From the NCBI GenBank assembly GCA_963815865.1, contig CAWFIK010000003.1, forward strand, positions 159,127 through 223,126: a stretch of 64,000 bases of DNA. Direction: 5' to 3'. This DNA comes from an uncultured Acidobacteriota bacterium (GTDB taxonomy: Bacteria > Acidobacteriota > Thermoanaerobaculia > UBA5066 > Gp7-AA6). The notes below the pieces were generated by a model, which had not been told where the DNA came from, ran no database searches, and saw only the letters and a program-made list of their open reading frames with translations. The position numbers were made by a program, and so were the translations under genes. Positions 48,785 through 58,505 of this stretch are shown one piece after another. Every line of letters starts with the position of its first letter. The stretch's first letter is position 1.

Positions 48785-49666
48785 ATGTTCGGCTCCAGCA
48801 TTCTCGATACCGCCATCGGCCTGGTCTTCGTCTACCTGGTCCTCTCCCTGACCTGCACAGCGCTCAACGAATGGATCGCGGGAATGCTCAGCCGCCGCTC
48901 GAAGACGCTCTACGAAGGCCTCCAGACGCTCCTGTGGGATCCGAAATTGCCGAACCTTCTGGCCAGCTTCTACGCGCACCCCCTCGTTCAGGACCTGCAC
49001 GTCGCCGACAAGAAGCCCGCCTACATCGAGCCGCGCACGTTCAGCCTCGTCGTTCTCGATCTGCTGGTTCCTTCCGAACCCGGCGCCTCGAGGACGATGG
49101 CCTCCGTCCGCGAGGCCGTCGCCAAGCTCCCCGCGGATTCCTCGAGCCGAAAGACCCTGTCGATCCTTCTCGACGATGCCGGCGAGAGCCTGACCACGCT
49201 CGAGCAGAGCATCGATGCGTGGTTCAACGGCGCGATGGACCGGGTCGGCGGCTGGTACAAAAAGCGGACGCAGTCGATCGTTCTGATCCTCGCGGCTCTC
49301 ATCTGTATCGTCGCCAACGCCGACACGATCACAATCGCCACTGCTCTCGCCAACAACACCGCCGTGCGCGAATCCATCGTTGCGCAGGCCAAGGTCTTCG
49401 CCGAGAACAACAAGGCGCAAACCGCTATGAAGCCGGAAGACATCGAAGCCCAGGTGAAGAACCTTCAGAGAGTCGGAGTCCCCCTGGGCTGGACATCAGC
49501 CCCCTGGGAATCGCTCGCCTTTCCCCTGGGCTGGCTGAACAAGATCGCCGGCCTGGCGCTCACAATCTTCGCCGTCTCTCTCGGCGCCCCGTTCTGGTTC
49601 GACCTCCTGAACAAGATCATGAACATCCGATCCGCCGGCAAGTCCCCCGACGAAAAGAACAAGTAA
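48785..49666 (+). CDS. integral membrane protein of unknown function
   Basis: gaggagg SD followed by ATG. MFGSSILDTAIGLVFVYLVLSLTCTALNEWIAG N-terminus, two further TM helices near the C-terminus, and a conserved-looking FWFDLLNK. Confidence 0.7.
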   Translation: MFGSSILDTAIGLVFVYLVLSLTCTALNEWIAGMLSRRSKTLYEGLQTLLWDPKLPNLLASFYAHPLVQDLHVADKKPAYIEPRTFSLVVLDLLVPSEPGASRTMASVREAVAKLPADSSSRKTLSILLDDAGESLTTLEQSIDAWFNGAMDRVGGWYKKRTQSIVLILAALICIVANADTITIATALANNTAVRESIVAQAKVFAENNKAQTAMKPEDIEAQVKNLQRVGVPLGWTSAPWESLAFPLGWLNKIAGLALTIFAVSLGAPFWFDLLNKIMNIRSAGKSPDEKNK

Positions 49667-49708
49667 CCCGCTTCCGCTGAGTTCCGACTACAGCGCAAAG
49701 GACTCACT

Positions 49709-51442
49709 ATGGCGAAGTCAAAGAGCCGCAAGATCGTCCCCGGGTCCGACAAGAAGGCCCTGCCGAAGGCGAAGGTGATCGGCAAGCCCGATCCGGAAGA
49801 GCGGATCGAGGTCACAGTCCTGTTACGGCGCCGCGCCGCGGGCGCGAGTCCGCGCGCACGCAAGGCCGCGGCCGCGAAGGCCATGACCGCAGCCGCCAAA
49901 TTGCCGGAGCAGCGTGTCTACCTGAGCCGAGAGGCCTTCGCCGAGCAAGCCGGCGCCAACCCCGCGGACGTGGCGAAGGTCGAAGCGTTCGCTCAAGAGC
50001 ACAACCTCACAGTCGTCGAGGCGAGCCTCTCGAAGCGCAGCGTCCGGCTGGCCGGCACGATCGCCGATCTCGGGAAGGCGTTCGGAGTCAGCCTGAGGAA
50101 CTCCAGGCTCGGCAGCCGCGTCTTCCGGTCGCGGACCGGCGCCATCTCCGTGCCCGCGCAATTGCACGGCATCGTCGTCGGCGTCTTCGGCCTCGACGAC
50201 CGTCCCGCGGCCAGGCCGCACTACCGGCTGAGAGAAGAGAAGACGGGTAATCCGCGCCGCAAGGCGTCACTGCGGGCGGCCCGGGGCGCACAGTCGCCGG
50301 GCGGCATCAAAGCCACGAGCCACAACGCCGCCGACGGCAGCTTCACGCCTCCTCAGGTGGCCAAGCTCTACAACTTTCCCGCCGGCCTCGACGGAACGGG
50401 GCAGTGCATCGCCATCGTCGAGCTGAACGATTTCAACAGGCAGGGCAAGATCACCGGGACGGGCTTCAGCCTGACCGACCTCAAGGCCTATTTCACGTCG
50501 CTCGGCATAACTCCGCCTTCTGTCACAGCGGTGAGCGTCGATGGCGGCGCCAACATGCCCGGCCCCGACGCCAACGCGGACGGCGAGGTCATGCTGGACA
50601 TCGAGGTCGCCGGCGCCGTGGCCCCAAAGGCGAGCATCGCGGTGTATTTCGCTCCGAACACCGACCGCGGCTTCCTCGACGCCGTCAACGCCGCCCTGCA
50701 CGATACGGTGCGCAAACCGTCGGTCGTCTCAATTAGCTGGGGCTCGGCCGAGGAAGCAAACACTCAACAGGCTTTGACCGCCTTCGATCAAATCCTGCAG
50801 GACGCCTCAACTCTGGGAGTGACTGTGTGCGCCTCGGCCGGTGATGACGGTTCCTCGGACATGCCGCAAGGAAACGGAGACGGCCGGCCGCATGTGGATT
50901 TCCCGGCGTCGAGTTCCTTCGCGCTGGGCTGCGGCGGCACAAGGTTGCTCGGCTCCGGAACGACCGTCTCGAGCGAGGTCGTCTGGAACCAGGGAAACGG
51001 CGCGACCGGCGGCGGAGTAAGCAATTCCTTCGCCCGCCCCGCCTACCAGTCCAAGTCCAAGGTCCCCAAGTCCCCCACCGGCAAAGTCGGCCGCGGCGTC
51101 CCAGACATCGCCGGCGACGCCGACCCCGGCACCGGCTACCAGGTCCGGCTCGTCGGCGGCAAGAAGGCCGTCATCGGCGGCACGAGCGCCGTTTCCCCTC
51201 TCTGGGCCGGCCTCGTCGCCCGGATCAACCAGCGCCTCACGAAGCTGAAGAAACCTCCGGCCGGTTTTCTGAACGCCTTGCTCTACAACTTTCCGAAGAT
51301 CGCCGCGGCCTTCCGCGACATAACGAAGGGAACCAACGACATAGACAACCTCGGCAAATACAAAGCCGCCGCCGGCTGGGACCCCTGCACCGGCCTCGGC
51401 ACCCCCAACGGAGCGAATCTCCTGAAAGCCCTCGGCGGCTAA
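49709..51442 (+). CDS. S53 family peptidase (sedolisin/kumamolisin-like) with pro-domain
   Basis: N-terminal activation-domain-like region (RIEVTVLLRRR). Catalytic-domain motifs EVMLDIEVAGAVAP, SWG, ASAGDDGS, and nucleophile GGTSAVSPLWAGL. Confidence 0.85.
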   Translation: MAKSKSRKIVPGSDKKALPKAKVIGKPDPEERIEVTVLLRRRAAGASPRARKAAAAKAMTAAAKLPEQRVYLSREAFAEQAGANPADVAKVEAFAQEHNLTVVEASLSKRSVRLAGTIADLGKAFGVSLRNSRLGSRVFRSRTGAISVPAQLHGIVVGVFGLDDRPAARPHYRLREEKTGNPRRKASLRAARGAQSPGGIKATSHNAADGSFTPPQVAKLYNFPAGLDGTGQCIAIVELNDFNRQGKITGTGFSLTDLKAYFTSLGITPPSVTAVSVDGGANMPGPDANADGEVMLDIEVAGAVAPKASIAVYFAPNTDRGFLDAVNAALHDTVRKPSVVSISWGSAEEANTQQALTAFDQILQDASTLGVTVCASAGDDGSSDMPQGNGDGRPHVDFPASSSFALGCGGTRLLGSGTTVSSEVVWNQGNGATGGGVSNSFARPAYQSKSKVPKSPTGKVGRGVPDIAGDADPGTGYQVRLVGGKKAVIGGTSAVSPLWAGLVARINQRLTKLKKPPAGFLNALLYNFPKIAAAFRDITKGTNDIDNLGKYKAAAGWDPCTGLGTPNGANLLKALGG

Positions 51443-51513
51443 CCCCCTCTCCGCCGGCACCACCAATCTCTGAACTGGTTCTGTTAATGTCCCGCGCAGG
51501 GCGGGAGGGTTCC

Positions 51514-54417
51514 ATGCTGATTCGCCGGGCCGGACTATTGGCTGGATTGGCCGCGCTCGCGACAATCCTCGACGGATGCGCCACGATGGTCGAGATCTCT
51601 CCGCCGAGGGTCCCGCAGGGCGGCCGCGCCCTGTCCATTTCGGTCGCCTCGACGGACGCGCGGAGGATGGCCGTCGCGACCGAGACGGGCGGGCTCTTTC
51701 GGACCTTCGACGGCGGCCAGAGCTGGCAGCACCTCGACGGGCTCCCCAACTACATGACGAGGGACGTCGCGATTGCGTCGCTCGATCCGAACACGATCAT
51801 CGCGACGGCGCTGCCGCAGTTCCGGACGGTCAACGACGGCGGAATCTGGCGGAGCACCGACGGCGGCGGCTCGTGGAGCCAGCCTCCCGGCTGGACGCCG
51901 CCGCCCGGCCCGGCCTGTACGGCGCGCCCCGGCGCGTGGGGAATCTCCCACATGCCGCTCTCCCGCACGTTCTATGTCGGGACGGACTGCGGTGTGGCGA
52001 TCAGCAACGACAACGGCGCGTCGTGGACCCACATCTTCCTCGATCCCAACGCGGCGGGCGATGAGTTCCGGCACCGCGTCCGCGGCATCCTGGTGATCAA
52101 CCGCACCTCCGGCGTCGCCGCCGCGGACTCGGGCCTCTTCCATATCGGTCCCGACGGGGCGTGGGTACAGGGACCGAGCGTCGATACATCGGGCCAGGTG
52201 CCGGTGACCCACGCCTTCGCGGCGCCGTGGTGGCTCGGCGTCTCGTCGGTCTTCTTTCACGCGAGCGGCGGGCAGAAGCTCTGGCTCTCCACCGACAGTG
52301 GAGCGACCTGGACCCAGGTCCCGGCGCCGAGCATCAACAACCGGGAAGGGTTCGTCCGCGCCTCGCGCTCGCTCTCGGGCGACGACCGGGAGTTCGAGGT
52401 CTATTACGGCGACGGCGCGCACTTCAATCGCCAGACGTTTTCCATGCCGGGACCGGCCGGCTCCGGCAACTGGACCAAGCTCCAGTCCGATCACGACGAT
52501 CCTTCCGACGTCGCCTTCGACCTCGACATCCGCGTCCCGACGCTGCTCGCTTCCGACGGCGGCGTCCACCGGACGACCGACCAGGGAGCGAGCTGGAAGC
52601 TGACCGGCGGCGGCTTCGGAGGGTTCGACGCCCTGCAGATTGCCGAGATCACAGGCGCGGTCTTCTCCGGACCTCCGGAGCACCAGGACCTCTACTACGC
52701 AACGCAGGACAACGACCTGAAGGCGTCGGGCGACGGCGGCGCGACCTGGACCGGATCGCTCTGCTGCGAGGGGCGGTTCCTGCGGATCTCCTCCGGGAGC
52801 ATCGACTTCAAGCCCAAGGTCACCGGCTCCGACTGCGGCCCGTGCTCGAGTTTCATCTCGGACCGCCTCTACGCAAACTCGAGGCCGTGGCCCAGCGCGC
52901 CGGACGGAAACCCGGCGAACGTCGCCGATACGCCGTTCCTGGTCGCCGGTGACACGTACCTCCAGGACGCCCGCAACAACGGCACTTCGCCGCCGACCTT
53001 CGATTTCTTCTTTACCTCAACCGCCGGCATTTCGTGGTCGAAGTCCTTCTCGCTGCAGTTGACGCCGATCGGCGCGTCTGTGTTCGCCGGCCCGCCGGAC
53101 AACCCGACGCTCTACCAGGGAGTCCAGCTGCCTGGCTCGCTTCCCGGCGGTGCCCCGATGTTCGGAGTGTTCAAGGCCACCGGCCTCTCCTCCTCGGGCC
53201 CTGCCACGGTGACCCGGCTCGATCCGGCGGTGACCCTGGCCTTCGGCCTGCACCACACGCCGATCGCGCGCTACCTGGTCTTCGGCGCGGACCCGGGCAA
53301 CCCCGCCCACCTGATCCTTGCCGATGTCTTAAACGGCGAGATGAAGTTCTCCGCCGACGGCGGAGCGACGTTCCACTCCTACTCGCAGCTCACGCAGGCC
53401 GTGACCTCGGGCGGGCAGTACCTCTTCCATGTCGGCGAGCTCTCGGTAGCGACCGTGGTCAACTGGGATCCCAACGACTCCTGCCACATCCTCGTCGGCA
53501 CGACCCAGAACGGCGTGCTTCGCTCGACCGACGGCGGCAACACGTGGACGCAGATCCAGGGCTCGAAGGCGATCACGTACGTCAGCTCCTTTTATTTCCC
53601 TCCCTCCGGCTATGTCTGGGTCTCGACCAACGGCCGGGGCCTCTGGCGGCTGAAGTTGAACCGCCCGGCGGGAGGCAGCGGGGCGCGCTGCCGCTTCCCC
53701 GGCGGGACTCCCGGCGGAGCCGCCGGCGGCGTGATCGTCGCCATCGATCCCTCGACCGGCTCGAGCAGCTCCTTCAAGGGCCTGGACGATCCCGCCGTCT
53801 GCGCGGACTGTTCGGTCGTGGTCGTCCGCAACGGCTGGATCACGGGATTGGAGCTGTCCGGAGGCAGCGTCCGTGAGCTCGCGATCTCCGGCGGAACGGT
53901 CTCTCAGCTCGACCGCAACGGCCGCGAGATCCCGCTCGCCGTCCCGAACGTCTACCGCCCGGGCGACGGCAAGCTCGAGGGCCGCATTCCCGCCCGCGCC
54001 CTCGCCGGTCCGCAGCGGATCCGCGCCCTCGTGCTCGCGGGAACGAGCGTCAAGCTCGCGATCGCCTCCGACGGAAACCTCCCCTTCGCCCCCGCCCGAA
54101 CGCCAATAGTCTTCGCGACCTCCGCGATCCGCCCCGGCGCCTCCTCCATCAGCCCCAACGAGCCGGTCCGGGTCGAAGGAGCCTACTTCGTCCCGCCGTC
54201 CGCCGGCGGAGAGCCCGTCCGCATCCTCCTCGACGGCAAGCCCGCCGCCAAGACAGCCCCGGTCGAGGAAGACGGCTCCTTCACGATCGACCTCCCCGTC
54301 ACCCAGCTCCCCGGCACTCTCCAGATCACCGCCGAGCAGAACGACGGCCGCCGCCTGACCCGCGAAATAACCACCATCGACATCACTCACTCCGAACCTC
54401 CCGCCAACCCCCGCTGA
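51514..54417 (+). CDS. BNR/Asp-box repeat lipoprotein (sialidase-/Ycf48-like beta-propellers)
   Basis: gggaggg SD followed by ATG 51514 and lipobox ATILDGC. Asp-boxes: RTFDGGQSW, RSTDGGGSW, SNDNGASW, STDSGATW, RTTDQGASW, SGDGGATW, SADGGATF, RSTDGGNTW. Confidence 0.8.
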   Translation: MLIRRAGLLAGLAALATILDGCATMVEISPPRVPQGGRALSISVASTDARRMAVATETGGLFRTFDGGQSWQHLDGLPNYMTRDVAIASLDPNTIIATALPQFRTVNDGGIWRSTDGGGSWSQPPGWTPPPGPACTARPGAWGISHMPLSRTFYVGTDCGVAISNDNGASWTHIFLDPNAAGDEFRHRVRGILVINRTSGVAAADSGLFHIGPDGAWVQGPSVDTSGQVPVTHAFAAPWWLGVSSVFFHASGGQKLWLSTDSGATWTQVPAPSINNREGFVRASRSLSGDDREFEVYYGDGAHFNRQTFSMPGPAGSGNWTKLQSDHDDPSDVAFDLDIRVPTLLASDGGVHRTTDQGASWKLTGGGFGGFDALQIAEITGAVFSGPPEHQDLYYATQDNDLKASGDGGATWTGSLCCEGRFLRISSGSIDFKPKVTGSDCGPCSSFISDRLYANSRPWPSAPDGNPANVADTPFLVAGDTYLQDARNNGTSPPTFDFFFTSTAGISWSKSFSLQLTPIGASVFAGPPDNPTLYQGVQLPGSLPGGAPMFGVFKATGLSSSGPATVTRLDPAVTLAFGLHHTPIARYLVFGADPGNPAHLILADVLNGEMKFSADGGATFHSYSQLTQAVTSGGQYLFHVGELSVATVVNWDPNDSCHILVGTTQNGVLRSTDGGNTWTQIQGSKAITYVSSFYFPPSGYVWVSTNGRGLWRLKLNRPAGGSGARCRFPGGTPGGAAGGVIVAIDPSTGSSSSFKGLDDPAVCADCSVVVVRNGWITGLELSGGSVRELAISGGTVSQLDRNGREIPLAVPNVYRPGDGKLEGRIPARALAGPQRIRALVLAGTSVKLAIASDGNLPFAPARTPIVFATSAIRPGASSISPNEPVRVEGAYFVPPSAGGEPVRILLDGKPAAKTAPVEEDGSFTIDLPVTQLPGTLQITAEQNDGRRLTREITTIDITHSEPPANPR

Positions 54418-54731
54418 GATCGCTTCCTCAACGCCCCCTCTTACCAACGCCCCACTTGTCTGACGCCAGGTGCATTGGCGCAAATGTGCCGTTGAAGAGG
54501 CCATTATGCGCAGGCTGTTGGAATCCCAACTGCGGCTGATAAATACTGCGCTGTTCTGGAATGAACTCGGCTCGGGCGACGCGCCTCGTGGAACCTCCGC
54601 ACTGATCCGGGGAGCTGGCTCGGAAGCGCTGCTTGCAGAGGCAACGCGGGTATACCAAGGGGACTGACCTGCTGCCGGGCTTCATAATCGGCGCTTCAGT
54701 GAATGCAGCCACATCACTGATAATCGCCGGC

Positions 54732-55751
54732 ATGCTCGGCAGTTCCCGCGCCTGGTTTGTGGATCGATACGGCGGGCCCGAACGCTTTGTTTTGCGGGAG
54801 AGGTCCGATCACGTTCCCGGACCCGGCCAGGTTCTCGTCAGGACTTCGGCGATCGGGCTGAACTTCGCCGATCTCTTCGTCCGGGCGGGCGTGTATCCGC
54901 GGACGCCGAAGCCGCCGTTTGTTCCGGGCATGGAGATTTCGGGGACGATCGAGAGCGTTGGGGAGGGGATCTCGGATCTCCGCCCCGGCCAGCGAGTCGT
55001 CGCAGTGCCGCTCTTTGGCGGTCATGCCGAGGAGGTCGTGGTGCCGGCGGCCTGGGTCTTTCCGCTTCCCGACGGAGTGGATCTCGTCGAGGCGGCGGCG
55101 ATTCCTGTTGTCTTTCTGACGGCGTGGTATGCGCTGGCTCGCGCGGAGGTTGGTTCGGGGGATCGCGTCGTTGTCACGGCGGCGGCCGGTGGCGTCGGGA
55201 CCGCGCTTCTGCAGATGATTTCACTGCGCGGGGCGAAGGCGATCGGTCTCGTCGGCTCGGAATCGAAGATCGACGTCTGCCGAAAGCTTGACGCGCAGGA
55301 TGCCGGGCTCTACGAATCCGCGGGAGAACTCATTGACCGCCACTTCCACGGCCGCGCCGACGTCGTCGTGGACGCGATCGGCGGAAGAGTCTTCCGGGCT
55401 CTCTGGCGCCGCCTGGATCGCGGCGGGCGCTATGTTCTGTATGGCTTCGCGGCTGCCGCCGGGCCCGGCGGCGTCGCGCGCGTGAAGGCTGCCCGCGAGC
55501 TTATCGCCATGGGGCTCCTTGCCCCTTACCGATTCGTCCAGAGCTGCCGCACTCTCATCGGATTCAACCTGTCATTGCTTCCGGCGAAGACCGGCGAGCT
55601 GCGCCGCGCCGCCGAAGGGATCTTCGACCTCTGGAAGTCCGGGCGGATCCGCCCGATCCTCGGTCCGCGCTTCGACTTCGCCGACCTCCCGCGAGCCCAC
55701 GAGGCACTCGCCAGTCGCTCGACCATCGGGAAGGTGCTCATCAGCGTCTGA
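54732..55751 (+). CDS. NADPH:quinone oxidoreductase / zinc-type alcohol dehydrogenase-like (MDR family)
   Basis: VLVRTSAIGLNFADLFVRAGVYP, PGMEISG, Rossmann AAAGGVGTALLQM, and C-terminal GKVLI. Confidence 0.85.
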   Translation: MLGSSRAWFVDRYGGPERFVLRERSDHVPGPGQVLVRTSAIGLNFADLFVRAGVYPRTPKPPFVPGMEISGTIESVGEGISDLRPGQRVVAVPLFGGHAEEVVVPAAWVFPLPDGVDLVEAAAIPVVFLTAWYALARAEVGSGDRVVVTAAAGGVGTALLQMISLRGAKAIGLVGSESKIDVCRKLDAQDAGLYESAGELIDRHFHGRADVVVDAIGGRVFRALWRRLDRGGRYVLYGFAAAAGPGGVARVKAARELIAMGLLAPYRFVQSCRTLIGFNLSLLPAKTGELRRAAEGIFDLWKSGRIRPILGPRFDFADLPRAHEALASRSTIGKVLISV

Positions 55752-55757
55752 GGAGGG

Positions 55758-55790
55758 CAGATTCTTCGTCGCTGCGCTCCTCAGAATGAC
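55758..55790. repeat. R1 repeat, single arm (reverse orientation)
   Basis: gcagattcttcgtcgctgcgctcctcagaatgac. A short gtcattctg remnant follows at 55807. Confidence 0.75.
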
Positions 55791-55851
55791 ATTGGGAAGG
55801 AATTGCGTCATTCTGGTGCGGAAAATGACTGAAGCGGTGAAGGGGTTGGCC

Positions 55852-57861
55852 ATGCGGAGACGGGTCCTCGTCATCTGGGTCCTGGTGGCTTGTTGTGCGG
55901 GCGCGGTCCGCGCGCAATTCGACGAGGAGAAGCATGTTCGGGAGTTCGCGAAGAGGCTCGCGAAGGATCGGGACGCGCAGGAGAGGGCTTCGGCAGCGCG
56001 GTGGTTGGGGGGGAGGAAGAATCCGGAGGCGGTGGCGGCTCTGGCGAAGGCGTTGTCGGATCCGGACGCGTCGGTGAGGGAGGCGGCGGCTTCAGCGCTC
56101 TGGAGCACCGGGAAGGACGCGGTCGCGGCGAAGCCGGAGCTGACGAAGGCGCTCGCCGATCCGGATGCGGCGGTCATCGCGCGGGCGGCGGGGGCGCTGG
56201 CCGTGATGGACGTGCCGGACTCGGAGCTGGCGGAGGCGTGGCGGCAGGCGCTCGAGGGAGCGCGCGATGACGCGACGGCGTTTCTCGCGGCGCGCGGGTT
56301 GATCGGGATGGAGCGGGCGGAGAAGCTCGCGCCGCCGATCCTGACCTACCTGGCGAAGAGAGCGGAGGCGGCCGCGCGGCCGGCGCCGGGGCGGTCCATC
56401 TGGAACGACCGGGACAGCGCGGAGAACGCGGAGAAGGCGCTCAGCCATCTCCTCGCGAAGGACGCGGCGCCGGTCCTGCCGCTGCTCGACCGCACGGTGG
56501 CGCAGTCGCCGAACTCCGGGCGGTATGTCCTCGGCGCGCTCGCCTCGGTCAAGACTCTTCCGAAGGGAACGGTGGACCTCGCGCTCGCGCACACGCGCTC
56601 TTCTGTGGCGGAGACTCGGAACGCGGCGATCACGCTGGCGGGAAAGGTGACGAGCGAGCGCGAAGCGGCGCGTTGGATCCCGGAGGCGATCCGCCTGCTG
56701 GGCGATCCGGACGAGGGCGTTCGCATCGAGGCGTGCTGGGCGCTGAAGGGGGTCAAGGGACTGGCGCACGAGGCCGCGCCGGAGCTGGCACGGCTCCTTT
56801 CGAGCGACTCTCCTTCGAGGGTGCGGCACAGCGCCGCGGGCGCGCTCGAGGAGATCGGGAACGTCTCGAATCCAGTCCCGAAGTCGGCGAAGGCCGCCGT
56901 CGCCACCGCCGCGAAGGACGCGCTCGCGCGCGCGATGAAGGACAAGGACCACGACGTCGCGGAAGACGCGGTCGCCGCATACAACGTGCTCTACATCGAC
57001 AACGCTGAGATCGTGGCGGCACTGGCCGACGTCGCCGTCAACGGGGCCGACACGGGCGCGCGGCAGCGGGCGCTCCAGTGCCTGCGGAACCGCCAGGGAC
57101 AGGCGAAGGGCGTCGTCGAGACGATCCGTCCCCTGACGCGAGCCTCCGACAAGTACGTTGCGGACGGCGCGAAGACCGCGATCGAGTGGATCGGGCGCGG
57201 CGGCTCGGGTAGTCCCGGCGCGATCAGGACTGGCGGCGCCGCCTCTTCCGTCGCGCCCCCGGCAGCCGCGGCGGCGGCGCGCTCCGACTCGGCGCCGCGT
57301 GCCGGCTCCGCGCCTCCCGCCGGCGAGCAGCGCGGCCTCGCCGTCCTGCGCGAGCGCAACCTCGAGTTCAACGAGCCGAGCTTCTACCGCGCGTTGTCGG
57401 AAGCCGACACCGAGGCCGTACGCGCCTATCTCGACGGCGGAATGTCCGCCAAACACGTCTTCGTGGACTCGAACCGCCGCTCGCCGCTGATGGTCCTGTT
57501 CTTCGGCAGACAGGCCTGCGCGAATCCGGAGACGGGCCGCGTGCTCGTCAAGCTCCTCCTCGATCGCGGCGCCGACGTGAACCAGCAGGACGAGAAGAAG
57601 AACACCGCGCTGATGTTCGCCGCGGATACCTGCGACCGTCAGACGCTGCGCCTGCTGCTCAAGGCGGGCGCGAAGGTCAATGCGCGCAACTGGGCGAACC
57701 TGACGGCGCTCGAGATGGGAATCGTCTCCGGCAATCCCGGCCTCGAGGAGCTGATCGAAGCCGGCGCCCGCCTCGACGCCGCGAAGGCGAAGGCCTACGC
57801 CGAGGCCTACAAGAAGAACCCCAAAGCGCTCGCCCTCATCAAGAAGGCCTCGGCGACCTAA
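55852..57861 (+). CDS. secreted HEAT-repeat protein with C-terminal ankyrin repeats
   Basis: Signal peptide VLVIWVLVACCAGAVRA. Multiple HEAT/PBS-lyase-like units (ALAKALSDPDASVREAAASAL, LTKALADPDAAVIARAAGAL, ...). C-terminal ANK units (LLLDRGADVNQQDEKKNTALMFAA, LLLKAGAKVNARNWANLTALEM). Confidence 0.8.
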   Translation: MRRRVLVIWVLVACCAGAVRAQFDEEKHVREFAKRLAKDRDAQERASAARWLGGRKNPEAVAALAKALSDPDASVREAAASALWSTGKDAVAAKPELTKALADPDAAVIARAAGALAVMDVPDSELAEAWRQALEGARDDATAFLAARGLIGMERAEKLAPPILTYLAKRAEAAARPAPGRSIWNDRDSAENAEKALSHLLAKDAAPVLPLLDRTVAQSPNSGRYVLGALASVKTLPKGTVDLALAHTRSSVAETRNAAITLAGKVTSEREAARWIPEAIRLLGDPDEGVRIEACWALKGVKGLAHEAAPELARLLSSDSPSRVRHSAAGALEEIGNVSNPVPKSAKAAVATAAKDALARAMKDKDHDVAEDAVAAYNVLYIDNAEIVAALADVAVNGADTGARQRALQCLRNRQGQAKGVVETIRPLTRASDKYVADGAKTAIEWIGRGGSGSPGAIRTGGAASSVAPPAAAAAARSDSAPRAGSAPPAGEQRGLAVLRERNLEFNEPSFYRALSEADTEAVRAYLDGGMSAKHVFVDSNRRSPLMVLFFGRQACANPETGRVLVKLLLDRGADVNQQDEKKNTALMFAADTCDRQTLRLLLKAGAKVNARNWANLTALEMGIVSGNPGLEELIEAGARLDAAKAKAYAEAYKKNPKALALIKKASAT

Positions 57862-57883
57862 TGGACCGGGACCCGAGATTCCC

Positions 57884-57949
57884 CTGAGCGAAGAGAAGAA
57901 TCTGCTCCCGGCGCAGATCCGTCGTCGCTTCGCTCCTCGGGGGATGACA
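57884..57949. repeat. R1 palindromic repeat (degenerate)
   Basis: ctgagcgaagagaagaatctgctcc ... gcagatccgtcgtcgcttcgctcctcgggggatgaca. Confidence 0.8.
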
Positions 57950-58181
57950 GGCCAGGGATTTGAACGGCGAGTGTCGGGATCCTGCCACTCATGGTATTAA
58001 CGCTCCACAATGTTCCGGTTGCCGGCGGAATCTCCGGTCGTCGGTTCGTCCCGCGGCCTTCTGACGCGGATCGTGTGCCCGGGCAGTGCCGCGGTCTGAT
58101 CCCCCTGTGAGAGCGACGAGGTGAAAGCATCGAGGTGAATTTCACAATGCGCCACCTGGTCGGCCGGAAGGGAGGATTGCC

Positions 58182-58505
58182 GTGACGCCCAAGGTAAAAC
58201 CCGGCGACAAGATCACGACGACCGTCAAGCTGTCGAAAGACTCGGACGTCAATTTCGCCGTCTTCCACGAATTCGAAAAGATCCTGAGCCCGAGTCCCGG
58301 CGTCTTCGAGTACACGGACGAATACGAGGTCCAGGCGACGGACAACCTCATCCTCTACACGTGGACGTTCCTGTTCGGGACCGATGACGGCGAGTACACG
58401 ATCGAGCTCGCCGTCAACGGCGATGACAAGTGCGGCGGCGCGGCGAAGGCCGCCGATGGCCGCGGGCCGTATCAGGGAAAGTGCTTCTTCGAGAAGAAGT
58501 CATGA
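58182..58505 (+). CDS. small beta-rich hypothetical protein, first gene of a three-gene operon
   Basis: ggagga SD followed by GTG. 107 aa, no signal peptide. The stop overlaps the next ATG (ATGA at 58502-58505). Confidence 0.6.
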   Translation: MTPKVKPGDKITTTVKLSKDSDVNFAVFHEFEKILSPSPGVFEYTDEYEVQATDNLILYTWTFLFGTDDGEYTIELAVNGDDKCGGAAKAADGRGPYQGKCFFEKKS

